Source of the DNA: Nemertoderma westbladi
Taxonomy: Eukaryota > Animalia > Xenacoelomorpha
DNA: 51,289 nt
NCBI GenBank assembly: GCA_032718475.1
Contig: JAUCBJ010000559.1
Span: 1-51,289 of the forward strand
Direction: 5' to 3'
The notes under the pieces are model-generated. The model ran no database searches. It had not been told where the DNA came from and saw only the letters and a list, made by a program, of their open reading frames with translations. A program made the position numbers and the translations under genes. Below, in pieces: positions 38,401-51,120 of the stretch. How positions within the stretch are numbered: position 1 is the first letter of the stretch; the number at the start of each line of letters is the position of its first letter.

Positions 38401-41400
38401 TCGACGTTGGTGTTACAGTATTCTAGCCCCAGGGCGTGCCAAATTACCTCGTATTGGGAGAAGTTTCGTGACGTGTATACCTGTTCCCTCTTCCCTTTTT
38501 CTTGAGATGCCATCTGTGCGCCGGAAATTTTTTCATGGACAAGGGGTAGCACATCAACAGTAACCTTGCCTTTTTCTGCTACTGACTCATTGAAAAGGAC
38601 CTTGGCCCTTTCCTCTTTGCCAGCAGCATATTTAATCAGATAGCTAACCATGAAACGCCTATCACATACTTGTACGTTAGTACAAGAACGTGTAAAAGTA
38701 AATAGGCGTGGGATGGTGGGGACAAAAAACTCATCACTACAGGCCGGGTAGTGATATTTTCCAGCCCGGAAATCTTGGTGCAATAAACGTTCCCCTTCAC
38801 CATCCATTGTTGTCAGTCCAAGAGACTCCATGATATCCATGGTTTCGTTTGAAAAAATGTTTTTGCGTTCAATGAACACTGCTTCGGAACGTTCTAGGTA
38901 CCGAGTGTACCGACAAAAAGTGTCACCATTAGCACGAACTTTCTGGCAACGGGCCTTACCTTTATGGCAGCTATGAGTCTGTAAAAATTGTAACCTATTT
39001 AAAAAAGTTCCGAAGTCACCCCAGTCCTTAACTAACCCATCCCTATGTAAAGTTTCAAAATCTGATTCAAATTCTTCCTCAAATAAACTCCTCGACTGAC
39101 AACAAATGCGACTCAGCGTCTTGGCCTTGTCTTCCTTATGTAGAGTGATACCACAATGAATGTGTGGTTTGTTTCCCAAAGCGTTTTGACCCTGAAATTC
39201 AAACCGCCACCAGATGAACCTAACAGGACCGCAAGGTTGCTGTGGGCTGTGTTCAATCCATTTCATTAAAAAGTTGGCCGACCGGTGCCACGCCCGGGCC
39301 AAAATAACTGCGTGGGCTTCGATTAATTCTTGTAAACTTTGAACTGCGCCTATTTGTGCTGCAGTTCTAAGCACAGCCCGATATAGAGGTGCTACCCCAT
39401 GTGTCTCAGAGTCGTTGCAGGTCGCCGTTAAAAAATAATCCCAATTTTGTTCTCCAATCAAGGCTGACAGTTCATTTACTTTCCTTCTGCTGTCCAGTTC
39501 ATCGAATTTTATTTTACTTTCTTCCCCACACGAAGTAAAAACATTTTGATTATCAGTTAAAAATTCCGGCCCCCGTTTGAATACCATTGTCGACGAATTG
39601 TGATTTAATTGGGTATTAATTTTTGCATCGAATAGAAAAGTTTGAAAGCATTTATTCTGGGCAGTAGGAAGGTCCATATCCCTGAGCCTGATTAGATTAT
39701 GATCCTGCAACGGGGCATAACCTCTAGGAGCGTTATCCCGATCAGAAAATAAAATTGATGGCAGAGCTCCCGTCGCTGACTTGGCATAGTCGCAGTGCCA
39801 AAAGATCCGCGGATACAATATGGCTTCAGGATATAACAACGGCACAGACCCTTCACCACTCAACGAGGTAATGTGGTACATGATTTTGTTGAAGGTGTTA
39901 TGGGAGTACTGAGAGACCCGGCGGCGGAGGAGACCCCACCCCTCATTAAGGAGAACATGTAGGCGGGTTGATTGGCTTGTGTCGTATAGAGGAACCCGGT
40001 CACCCCTGGAGTACAAAGTGTCGCTGTCCTCGGGTTCCTCTATATCCAGATCGTCGTACGTTCCCAGCACAATACGGTCGTCAACTGCGGTGGTCTCTAT
40101 GGCAACATCTTCTTCATACTCCGAGTCAGAGTCTAGGAAGGCCGCCAGGTCCTCAGGGAGTTGGGGTGCGGGGAGGGGTGCAGAGCCAGGGGATTGGGGT
40201 ACAGGGAGGGGTGCAGAGTCAGGGGATTGGGGTACAGGGAGGGGTGCTGGATCCTCCAGAACTGGAGATCTGGTCCTACCCAAACCAGATCGTACTCCTT
40301 GTAATCGGGAATCCACCACTAATGTTTTATCACTTTTCCTTAAAAGTGGAGCGCCATGCCATTGACAAACTGCGGTGGCACAGTGGACCCCGAAATCCTG
40401 TAAGCCAAATGGGCAGCGCCAGCGGGATGTTCTGGTACAACCATCATAGGAACACGGTACGGGCTCAACATCTGTTCCCTTGACCAAAAGATTACCTGGG
40501 TGATCCGCACAAAACATTTTGGATTGGCCAGCGTGGTGAACCAACTGACTGCTAAGGTCAACACCTACCGCCCCCCTTTTAACCAAAACAATAAACGAAA
40601 ACCTTTTATAAATAATATTATCCCTAACCTGTACGTCTGTTCCCACCCTATCCCCATTGACATTCCAGAACTGCAACCTATCCCCCCATCTAAAAATGAT
40701 CCCTTCCCTACTCCCCATCATCTGAACGTAGTATTCCCCATCATCAAAGTTGAGCCCCCCAGTGAATAAGCGCCCCCCTTCCCTTGTAAAGATGTCTATG
40801 TCCCCCCCGGTTGGTATATTAATATTAGCCCTACGAGAAATTCCCTGAAAAAGAGTCAGAATCGATGTGGCCTTCTGGAACACCCCGTCTGTCGTCGGTA
40901 CATTCAGTTCCGTCAGTTTGTCCTGTATGAATTTGTCTGTCGAATGTGTAAGTTTGTGTCTAACCCCCGTTTTAAGATCCCCCGTCACCTCTGTCAGTAA
41001 AGTCTTGGCTGTCGGATTCCTATCTACTAGTGTCTGTAAAGTTCGGTGTGTCAGTGGGGAATGACAAAGTATCCTAACTAAAGTCCCTAAAACAGTTATG
41101 TCAGTATTTAGCTCAGTAAACGGCGTCATTCCAAAGTCGTCATTAGGATGCGCCAATGGCAAACTGTAGTTGTGGTACTGGTCCCACCCCCTGTCCCGTG
41201 TCGTGTAATTTTGCCATTGGAACAGAGCCTCGTCACATGGTACAGTCGTCGCCCCCCGTATACAGTCCTGTACGTCCTCTGTATTATACCGTGGTGTCCG
41301 TGGCAACGTCATTTGCTCCACAAATTCCGGACCCAGAAAGGCGCGGTTGGAAACGGACTGGGCAATATCGGATCTGTTCTCTAGAACAAGAGTCTCCGAT

Positions 41401-43423
41401 TTGCCCAGCCGCTCGTCAACCACGTGGCAATCTGGGTCCGAAATTAAGGAGCAAGTGGAGATGCCGAAGTACCCCCCTACCCCCTTAACTACGTCGTTAC
41501 TAGCCGTCATGTTCCCCGCTCTACCCTCCCGTACTAGCTGTGGTACTACTGTCACTGGTGCCAGTCGTTCTAAGTTTTGTAAGCTGTTGTCATTCCCCGG
41601 GTGTCTTGGTGCATGTATGTATGTCCGTGTAGCGTCGGTGTGGTGTTCACAGAAGGCCACACAGAGTCCCTCATTTTCAGTGATCACTAAGGAAGGTTGG
41701 ACAGTCCAATCTAAATGGGAACTGTCCCGGGGCCAGTCCGGTCGAACACCTCGAGACATGTACGGTTTGGGATTGAATTCCTTATATCCTGGGATAAATT
41801 TATGGATGAAATTGTTAAATGGTTGCAAATTGCAGCGTTCGATAAACTCATGGCAACCGAGAGGACATTTCACAACCGGATATGGAAATGAATCCAACGC
41901 ATTGGCCATCGCACCATCCTGTAATGTACCCACCTCCCTTATAAACCACTCCCTTATTAATGTTATGTCCCTAAAAATTGCCCTATCACCCAAATGTTCC
42001 CGCACCTCATTTGAAAACTGATCCCTGACCCCCCACCAAGATTCCCTTAAACTGTCCGGTATAATTTTGTAAATTCCCCCATCCCTAGACTTTTTTAACA
42101 AATCCCACAGGTACGATGGCCAAGCGTTTTGCCATTTCGGTTTACTACCCCCTAAACCTACACTAATGTACCGCCTGCATTCCCTACAAACTGTAAATGG
42201 TCCCCTTCCGTTCCCCAGTTCCCCATACTTCCTATTTACACGTTCCCCATTATATACCCCCAATGCAACCACCATCCCAGAAACACTAGCCCTCATACAA
42301 TTACTACACCTATCTACTACCTCACTACTAGCCCCAACCGATCCTACAACCCTCACCCCTTCTACAACTTCTACCCTACCATTTTCCCGTTCTACCCAAA
42401 TACATTCCAACCTAATATTGTCCCCTACATATGGTTCGTACCCCCTAAGTGTTTTATTTCCTAGTTTTTCTACTAAACTACTTTCCCTACCTACATAATA
42501 ACTGTGTCCGATACTATCCCTACCTACATCACTCGGCCCCCCTACACTACTCGGTCCCCCTACACTACTCGGCCCCCCTACACTACTCGGCCTCCCTACA
42601 CTACTCGGTCCCCCTACACTACTTGGCCCCCCTAAACTACTCGGCCTCCCTACACTACTCGGTCCCCCTACACTACTCGGCCCCCCTACACTACTCGGTC
42701 CCCCTACACTACTCGGCCCCCATACACTACTCGGCCCCCCTACACTACTCGGTCCCCCTACACTACTCGGCCCCCCTACACTACTCGGTCCCCCTACACT
42801 ACTCGGCCCCCCTACACTACTTGGCCCCCCTACACTACTTGGCCCCCCTACACTACTTGGCCCCCCTACACTACTTGGCCCCCCTACACTACTTGGCCTA
42901 CCTACATTACCCACCCCACGATTCATTTCCATATCCGGTTGGGCGTAGAAATGCCCTCTCGGTTGCTGGAAATGGGGAACCAATGCAGTATAGTGGCCCG
43001 GAACGAAACCCAGATGAATAACCACCCCCGCTGCCCCGATGATAATGTCGTTCCCCATTTGCCCATCCCACGTATGAATATTGAAACTGTAACCCAATGA
43101 ATATGAAAGGGCACACAATATTGCATGGGTTCCCCATTCCCTTCCGTGACGTAGGTCCTCTATATATCTTGGGTATGTCTTCCCCCCCATCTCCAAAAAT
43201 CCCCGATACTCTGGGTTATCGTTGAAAAAATTGGCGGCCGTATTACGCAACTCACCCACATTGTACAAGTGTCCAGTTCCTAAGTACACGGCGGTGACTA
43301 TTGAGGCAAACATGCAGTCCCCGTCGTCACCGCCGCATTCTAGTTGAATAAGTCCCAATTGGGCAGCAGCCCGGCCAATAGTCCGCCCGGTGTTTGTGAA
43401 GTTAACCACCATCGGATTCGGAG
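35418..43423 (-). CDS. Giant Helitron-like Rep-helicase: OTU protease, Cys/His-rich regions, HUH/Y2 Rep, Pif1 (SF1B) helicase and GIY-YIG-like domain (terminal exon; ATG at 43412, 2664 aa)
   Basis: OTU DGDCMF...WG...GHY; Rep motifs YFLTATC, EFQGQNALGNKPHIH, YLIKY; helicase GAPGTGKT, LVDEIG, FGG...GDPAQLPPV, QWPL...MTLH, VSRV; GFVYCI...FIGEAANLKKQLRRHNS. No stop in 8 kb. Confidence 0.93.
42530..42905 (-). repeat. 18-bp coding minisatellite (GGPSSV, about 20 copies) after the OTU domain
   Basis: In-frame tandem units. Confidence 0.95.
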
Positions 43424-43734
43424 CTGAAAAATATAAATAGATAATATCAGAAAAAGTTACAGAAACAGAATCTTACACTATGGAAGTTGATGTTATATTT
43501 CTATTTCAAAGTAATACATTCGATAATAATAATTATAATCTAATACAATTATTAATAAAAAACAAATATAAAATTATATCAAAAAATAATACAGTAACCC
43601 TTGTTAACTAATTCAAAATAGAATGCTGGATGGTAACTAACTACGTAAATAGCTCAGAATAAACGTTGATCAGTAAGCAGTGCAAAATTAGTTGCTCAAC
43701 AGCAAGAAACATGTAAACTATAACAAAAACATAT

Positions 43735-43872
43735 AGACAGGCAGATCAACAAACAAACAAACAAACAAACAAACAACAAAACAAACAAACAAACAAACAA
43801 ACAGACAGGCAGGCAGACATACAAACAAAACAGACAGACAGACACACAGACTGACAGACAGGCAGACAGACA
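43735..43872. repeat. (CAAA)n/(CAGA)n microsatellite in the predicted last intron
   Basis: Direct inspection. Confidence 0.9.
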
Positions 43873-44968
43873 ATTAATTCATAATTTAACTGATAATTAA
43901 TATTAGAATTAACATTGCTAAGCTTTCATTGATTGAACAGATATATTATGCCAACGAAGTAACACAATACTATGTTGCAGGAAACGAACCAAGAGGAAAC
44001 TACCAAGCAAACAACTCGCAGTCAGTGGGTAAAAACATGTATAAATAATATCATCAGTGTTTATTTAATCTGTGGAACAACTTTGACTCGTAATAACTCC
44101 AGTAATTCTGCCCGTCCCCTTTTACAGTTTCATTAATATAAACTTACGGAAATTAATTTAATTCATTAGAAACTTAAACGCGCTCTATTGAACAGATCAA
44201 GCCGAGTCTGTGATACAATTAGATAATAAATAACAATCTGTATCATAATAGACAAGCGCGGATCAAATATTAAGTGCCAATAGCGAATTCGCTGACTATG
44301 ACTCCACCATTAATTAAATAAATAATAATTAATTTGATAAGATATAATCCCCCCGTCATTCAATTCCACAATCATTTTATATCTCAATTTAAATATATCA
44401 ATGGAAAATGAGTTACGAGTATCAAAGTTGATTCACAAATAACAACAACAGCAACATATTTACATTGGGATTATAAACCCAATCAACAGTAAATATATAA
44501 AGATACTTATATTCTGTTTGTAAACTAATGAGAATGATGATGAATGTGGAGAAATAAATGAATCTGTAATGTAAATAATAAATTAATAGAAAAGTTAATG
44601 AGATAATGGAGGTGTTAATGAAGATGTCGTTACAATAAGTGGTGGACCGGGAGTCTATAATATTATGAGTTAAAGTGCGCCGGTGAGTCAAAGATTCTGC
44701 CAATTTGCCAAAAAGGGTGACACAAAAATTATGTCCAATAGTCACAATGTACGGCCTTTGACAAACATTCTGACACTTGATCACTTTGATACACAAAGAC
44801 ACCCAAAAACAGTGTGATACATAAATTTATCTCTCATGTGAAACGCAAATATTGCTAATATATTATAATTTATATTTTTTAACCGTTTTGATAATAAATT
44901 CCTGAAGAGCTGAAAAATAAATATTAAAAATTAAAACAACAAAATATTAATGATTTTAATAAACTCAC

Positions 44969-45289
44969 TAGTTTCCATAGCGGGTCCCACTGTAGGAGTT
45001 GTCCCAAGCGATTGGGACACATCCGGGACACAGTGGGACCCCGGTGGTGGAGAACTTGGGGAGGCGATGGAGTAGGACCCCGGTGGTGGAGCGCTTGGGG
45101 AGGCGATGGAGTAGGACCCCGGTGGTGGAGCGCTTGGGGAGGCGATGGAGTAGGACCCCGGTGGTGGAGCGCTTGGGGAGGCGATGGAGTAGGACCCCGG
45201 TGGTGGAGCGCTTGGGGAGGCGATGGAGTAGGACCCCGGTGGTGGAGCGCTTGGGGAGGCGATGGAGGTGCCAGCTGAACCGAGTGAGG
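44969..45289 (-). CDS. Predicted exon 3 (Ser/Pro-rich; 42-bp repeat IASPSAPPPGSYS-like, about 6 copies)
   Basis: CAG acceptor at 45290-45292, GTGAGT donor after 44969, 321 bp, phase 1-1. Confidence 0.6.
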
Positions 45290-45396
45290 CTGAGGAGTCA
45301 GAGTCAAAAACAAACAAATATAATATTAATATAACCATAAAAAATAACCCAAACAAAAAGTTATTTACGTGCTATTAAAAAAATATATTTATTTAA

Positions 45397-45670
45397 AAGT
45401 AGGGTAAGGTTTCCTTCGACCGTTAGGTCAGGGAATAAACACAAAGTATGACGACTCATTTCCAGTACGGTCCCCCTAGAATTATACTCCCCAGAGGAAA
45501 CTGTGACTCATTTAGCTATCATTTTAGTATGCAAGTCAGATATGCACCCTGGCTAGTCCTTTGAAAGCGTTCGTGGCGAAACGGAAACGCATTTGCCCCC
45601 CCATCCAGGGATCGAACCCACGACCTCGGGGAGATGTGAATTCAAACGGATTTAACCATTTGTCAGTTCA
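45397..45670 (-). mobile_element. Probable tRNA-derived SINE in a predicted intron
   Basis: Box B GGTTCGATCC (45609-45618, minus strand) in a T-arm-like stem, eroded box A, T-rich end. Confidence 0.55.
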
Positions 45671-46107
45671 ATAAAATTGTATTATTACTAGGCGAATTAA
45701 AGTCGAATGCACAGGCGAAGGCATCGATATTTTACTTGAGAGGAATTCATTTTAATTGTATCAAAAATCCTCCACCCCTACATTAATAGAGTTGTTCGTG
45801 TAATATCGGAGATAATAATTAAATGTACGGGGGTAATATATTTCAAAACGCGCGACAGTTTCTCATTAGTTACATAGTCATTTGTTGTTCAACTAAAGTC
45901 ACAAGTTGTGCAGCAAACTGGTCCTCAATGTTAAAAATAGAAGTGAAAGAACAAAAGTTACGTACGATATTAATAAAAATTATAATATTAAAAATTACTG
46001 ACATAAATAAATAATAGACGTAGAATATTGTAGAACATATAAATACTGGAAATATAGGTTTAGCTAATCTGCGGTAATTTAAATATTATTGATTAAGTTA
46101 AACTCAC

Positions 46108-46257
46108 CGGAATCCACAGGGGGCCCCACTGGAGAAGGTGTCCCAATCGATTGGGACAAGTCCATCCCACAGTGGGACCCAGTTGGTGTAGTTGGGGACG
46201 GTGACCCAGTTGGTGAAGTTGGGGACCAAGATATGGAGCTGTCTGACGTGTCCGGGT
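46108..46257 (-). CDS. Predicted exon 2 (Ser/Pro/Thr-rich, 50 codons)
   Basis: TTTGTTTCAG acceptor, G|GTGAGT donor, 150 bp, phase 1-1, GC-rich against AT-rich flanks. Confidence 0.72.
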
Positions 46258-46687
46258 CTGAAACAAACAAACAAACGGGTAATATAAATATAAAAATAGA
46301 ACCCAAACAATTAAGTTATATCCACATTATACAATTAAATAGTTATATATAATTTAGTAACAAGCAAACAGCGAAAAAACTAAAACAAAATTTGAAATGT
46401 TGTTCTAAAATATGTTTTGGTCTTTCTGTAGAGTTCATATTGTGGGTAAAATACCGCTTTTTCATAACATTATATTAATGTAATATATTTCAGATATAAT
46501 GATAGAACAATTATTTATTATACAAAATAAATATATAGAAACATGACGTTCAATAAAGTAATAATACATTGTATTTATCTAATAACAACCTCCAAAATTC
46601 TCCTACCACAAATAATTAAGATACTGGTACTTAATTTACTTGAATATTGATAAACTATAAATACACATAAAATAAAAATAAACTCAC

Positions 46688-48002
46688 CACTTGTATGGGC
46701 GTCGCCCACGGCCGAGCGTAAACGTTTCGCGCGCCGCTGCCGTCGGAGGTAGAGAGGCTCCCCGGCGGAGCGACGGCGTGAGGTAGAAGGAGAGGAGGAG
46801 AACGAAAGCTGAGAGAGTTGGAAGGTGGGTGAAGGAGTAGCCGAGTCGTAGATGGTAGGTGAGGTAGCAGTGGGTGTAGTATGGGTCTTCCTAGGGCGGG
46901 TGGTGGTGGTAGCGGTTGGGGTAGTAGGGCGAGGCGTCTTCTTAGGGCGGGTGGTGGTGGTGGGGGTCTTTGGGGAGCGGGAAGTAGGTGGAGAAGTCGA
47001 TGGGCGAGGAGCGATTGGAGAGAAGCGGGAACCGGGAGAAACATTAACTGCGGTTGGGGAGAAAGGAGAAGCGGGGGGAGATAGTTGAGAACGGGGACGA
47101 CGTCGAGAAACAGTAACGAATGGTGAGGGCGGTGGGGTGGTCATCATCGGGGAAACTGGTGGAGTATAATCGGGTGACATAGGGGTGAGGGAGGATTGCG
47201 GGGAGAGAAATCGACGTCGTGGTGATGGTTGGGGAGACGATATGAAACGGGGGGCAGGTTGGGGAGAGGAGATGAAACGGGGGGCAGGTTGGGGAGAGGA
47301 GATGAAACGGGGGGCAGGTTGGGGAGAGGAGATGAAACGGGGGGCAGGTTGGGGAGAGGTGATGAAACTTTGACGCGGGGTAGGTTGGGGAGGGGAGACA
47401 AAACGTTGACGAGGAGCTGGTTGGGGAGATGAGATGAAACTTTGACGCGGGGTAGGTTGGGGAGGGGAGACAAAACGTTGACGAGGAGCTGGTTGGGGAT
47501 GGGATATAAAACGGCGACGAGGGGTAGGTATAGGGACAACAAACTGTGGATGTACTGGTTGAGGAGCAATGTTGCGGAGGGGTCTAACTGTAGGAGGATT
47601 AAAGTGTTGGCGGGGAGCGATGAGACGGTGGTGGAGGGCAGATTGGGAGATTGGCGGAGTACAGACGAGTTGAATACCAAAAGGGGTTAAAAGCGCAGCA
47701 GCAGAGGGCGGTAGAGGAGCGGTGGTGGGTGGAGTTGAGCAAACGGGAGGTCGGTTGGTGATTAGAGGGGCAGTGGCAATGGTAGTGGTAGGTCGTACCG
47801 GTACCGGTAGTCGCACGACCTCGGCAAACGTCCGAGATCGTACCGGTACCGGCACTAGAAGAGGAGTAGTAGCGGTAGGTGGGGCAGGAGGTGGCTGAAG
47901 AGGACTATCCTCAGGTATGTTCCTGAGGGGACAGGTTGGCCTCCGATGGTTTGGCGGACCAACCTTCCCCCCACAACGGCCACAACGTATTTTCTTGACC
48001 AT
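46688..48002 (-). CDS. Predicted exon 1: N-terminal zinc knuckle plus Pro/Ser/Thr/Arg-rich disordered region
   Basis: ATG at 48002 (MVKKIRCGRCGGKVGPPNHRRPTC), RFISSPQPAP repeats, G|GTGAGT donor after 46688, 1315 bp (phase 1). Confidence 0.72.
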
Positions 48003-49174
48003 GATCTGACTGTCTGATAATCGCAGTAATGCAAATAATCGAAAATAATAAGCCAAATAACAAAACAAGTGTAAATGTAATCTGTAAATTATGTTAATCT
48101 GTAAATGAAATATTTACTGTATTTGAGGCCGAATAATATGTCGGTACGCGGTAGGCCTACGGTCAGACTATCAGATGGTAGTGTGAGTGTGCAGAAGACT
48201 GAGAGTAGGGTATACCGGACCGGTCTGCCGGCAGCCGGTACGCCTAGCTAAACAGTTTTTAAATTGACTGCAAAAAGCTGAAAATCCGAACTGGTAAACC
48301 TGTAAACAAAAAGCAGGGGGAACCTTCAGACATATAGACATAGGGCCTAGGTCTAAGTCTAGACATGTTGAGTGGAAAAAAAGGCCAATACCGGCACCCG
48401 GCTCATCTACCTGTCTACAATCTCTGAATATCTATGATTTAGTCTGCCCGAGCCCGTATGCCGTAGGCGTACCGGTAGATTTGTAGAAGGCTCATCTATT
48501 ATTATTTACGAACATGTCACATGTAGCATACCGGTAGCCTACCCGGTGAGCCTAGTCCTTTTCTTGCAGATATGACGAAAAAGTAACCTACCACTAGCGG
48601 CGGCAGTGTGCAGTGACGAAGTGTTGCAGACGGGGCGGGACCGGCGACCGGGCGACCAACAATACTGAATACGGTAGGCTTCAAAACTCGATAGGCCTAC
48701 TGGCCTAGGGCTGTAGGGTAGACTGTTTCTTGCTAACTGCAAAATAATTGGTACCGGTAACCCAAGCAGCCTCGTTTGCCCTGCTGTCTAAGGCAACTGT
48801 GACTCTGGAGTGTGCAGTGTGGTACTTGTACTGCAGTACTAATACCGGTAGGCTCCTACTCAAACAGAGTGGTGGACGCTGAACGTACATGCGCGCAATG
48901 TAAAGACTGAAATACTGAATGAAGGTTCCGTTGGCCGGAAGTAACAGACATCTTGAAACGTCATTAACGTCATTCCACTGCCCATTGGTTGTTTGATCTT
49001 AAGGTATTATATTATAGGGATTTCCCTAATGAAATAACCCTAAATATTTATCCCATTTCAAAATTAGGACAGCTCTATTATTCTAATTAATTCTATTGTA
49101 CCATTCTCATGTGGGATGATATATTATTGGAAAGCAATACAGTAAAACATATTGGCCTATTAAGGTTGCTTCAA

Positions 49175-49450
49175 GCAGGGTAACCTCAAGATGTTTGCAT
49201 CTCGTTTTCAAGGGGGTCCTTCAAATATCAGCTTGTAACATTTGGTAACTTTACATAGAACATATATTAAGGTTGGTTAATGATAACCTCCAAGATAATG
49301 CATCTCGTTTTCATCGCGGTCCTCAAATCAGCAGCTTGTAACATTGAATGGTAATATGAACATAAAACAGATATTTTGTTATTTTGGTTCAGGGTAACCT
49401 AAATATATTGCATCTCGTTTTCAAGGGGGTCCTCAAAACATCAGCTTTTA
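49175..49450. repeat. Three degenerate direct repeats of about 105 bp
   Basis: TAACCT...GCATCTCGTTTTCA...GGTCCT...CAGCTT x3. Confidence 0.75.
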
Positions 49451-50729
49451 ATACTCAAATTGTTGCAAATACAAAGTCGCAACGAAACAAAGCCCAAACT
49501 GGAAACACTGTTCAACTGATTTCACGAGATAATATTAAGGAGACCACGCGGCCCATCACAATAAACAGACACAATATATTACATTTCGTTATCATACTAT
49601 CAATTATTTATTATTACAGAATTTTGGACTTTGCCACATCACTTGTAAAATTTACAGCAGTAAAGAAAATGTGTCTGTGAATGCGAAACATGAAACCCTG
49701 GGGGCAGCCCTAGGGCTAATGTCTTAGTGACAAACTGAAGGCTCATATCTCTTGGCAATTACTTGGAAGGTTGTAAAGATGCCACTCAAACTAACATGTA
49801 ATGGCGTAGGATATCAACGTAAATTAAGCTCTAAAAAAGAAAGCTTTCTTTATTTATATTTCGCTGAGAAATCATGCCAATTAGAAATTACATGAATCTT
49901 AAACTCTTATATTAACTCTGATATTCATTACAGGATTATATCAGCACTCCCCTTACTTCAACTGGGATTGTGTTAATCGGTTGCACACAGAAGAGTACAA
50001 TCTAAGAATTCAAAACGAAATCAATATCATGAAGTCAATACTGTGAAATCCCATCTATTACCAGTTGCTTAATTTTAGAATAAAATCGACCTGCAAATAG
50101 TGAAGAATTCGTTTTGGAATTTCGAAACCACGCTGGTCCGATGCGCGATATCGCGTTTAGTTAATAAATTGAAAACTCCATCAATTTATATGCACCCAGT
50201 AATAAGAACCCGCAATAAATGTAAATATATACATATTATTCTAGAAAAAAATTTCTCAAAAAGTATGAAGTCTTAACATTGGTGACACGAAAATAGCCTA
50301 TTGCGATTCAGGACATTGCGTTTAATATAAAAATCGAAAACCCCATCAAATTACGTAAAGGCGTTAATAAAATATTGCAACTTTTTTGAAATTGATAAAA
50401 TTCTAGAACTGAAAAAAATTATTTTTTGAACGGCGATGTTTGGGGTTTTCAAACATGGACAGTCGGAAAGAGGACATCGAATTGAGTTGAAAATTGAAAA
50501 CCCCATCGAATTTGGACCAACCGTTCCGGAGTTATAGCGGATTGAAAAAAATTTACCCCCCCCAGTCGCCAAAAATTTACAGTAACTGAAAATTTTGAAA
50601 AAAAAAATTTTTTGCGATATTTTTGATGGCGAATCGATTGGCAGTACTGACTACAAAAAAATTTTTTTTTTAATTTTTGGTCAGAAAAAAAACTATGTAA
50701 AAATACCATGTCTATGTTTGCATTGAGTA

Positions 50730-51120
50730 TTATGTAGGGTAGGGGTGATCTGTCATCTATTCTAAACGGTACCCTACAGAGGTTAACGGTAATTGCTTCA
50801 AGTTAAACGGTGCACTAAGCATTTATGATCGGTATTATAGGATGGCTAACGGTTTTTACCGATAAAATTTACCTACCTTGCAAGCAAATGATCGGTATGA
50901 GGCGTTGGGAATCTTGAGCAAAGCTTATAATACTCATCGGCATAGTAGAAAAGCATACCGTTTAAACACCGTGGCAGTTGGGATCAAACCTTAGAAGGCA
51001 TCGGGAACTTTCGATTCACTAAAGCAGACCGTCCTAAGGCAGGCTACTAACCGTAGAGTATCGTTCAGCATCGTAGATTACCGTTTAGAATGGGGGTCAA
51101 ACTATGCCTCCCCTACATAA
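50730..51120. mobile_element. MITE-like element with imperfect TIRs of about 42 bp
   Basis: TTATGTAGGG...ATTCTAAACGGTA / TACCGTTTAGAAT...CCCTACATAA; TSD not clean. Confidence 0.55.

Noticed and set aside
39968-43021. Plus-strand ORFs overlapping the Rep-helicase
   Set aside because: Antisense shadows of a long coding frame and its repeats.
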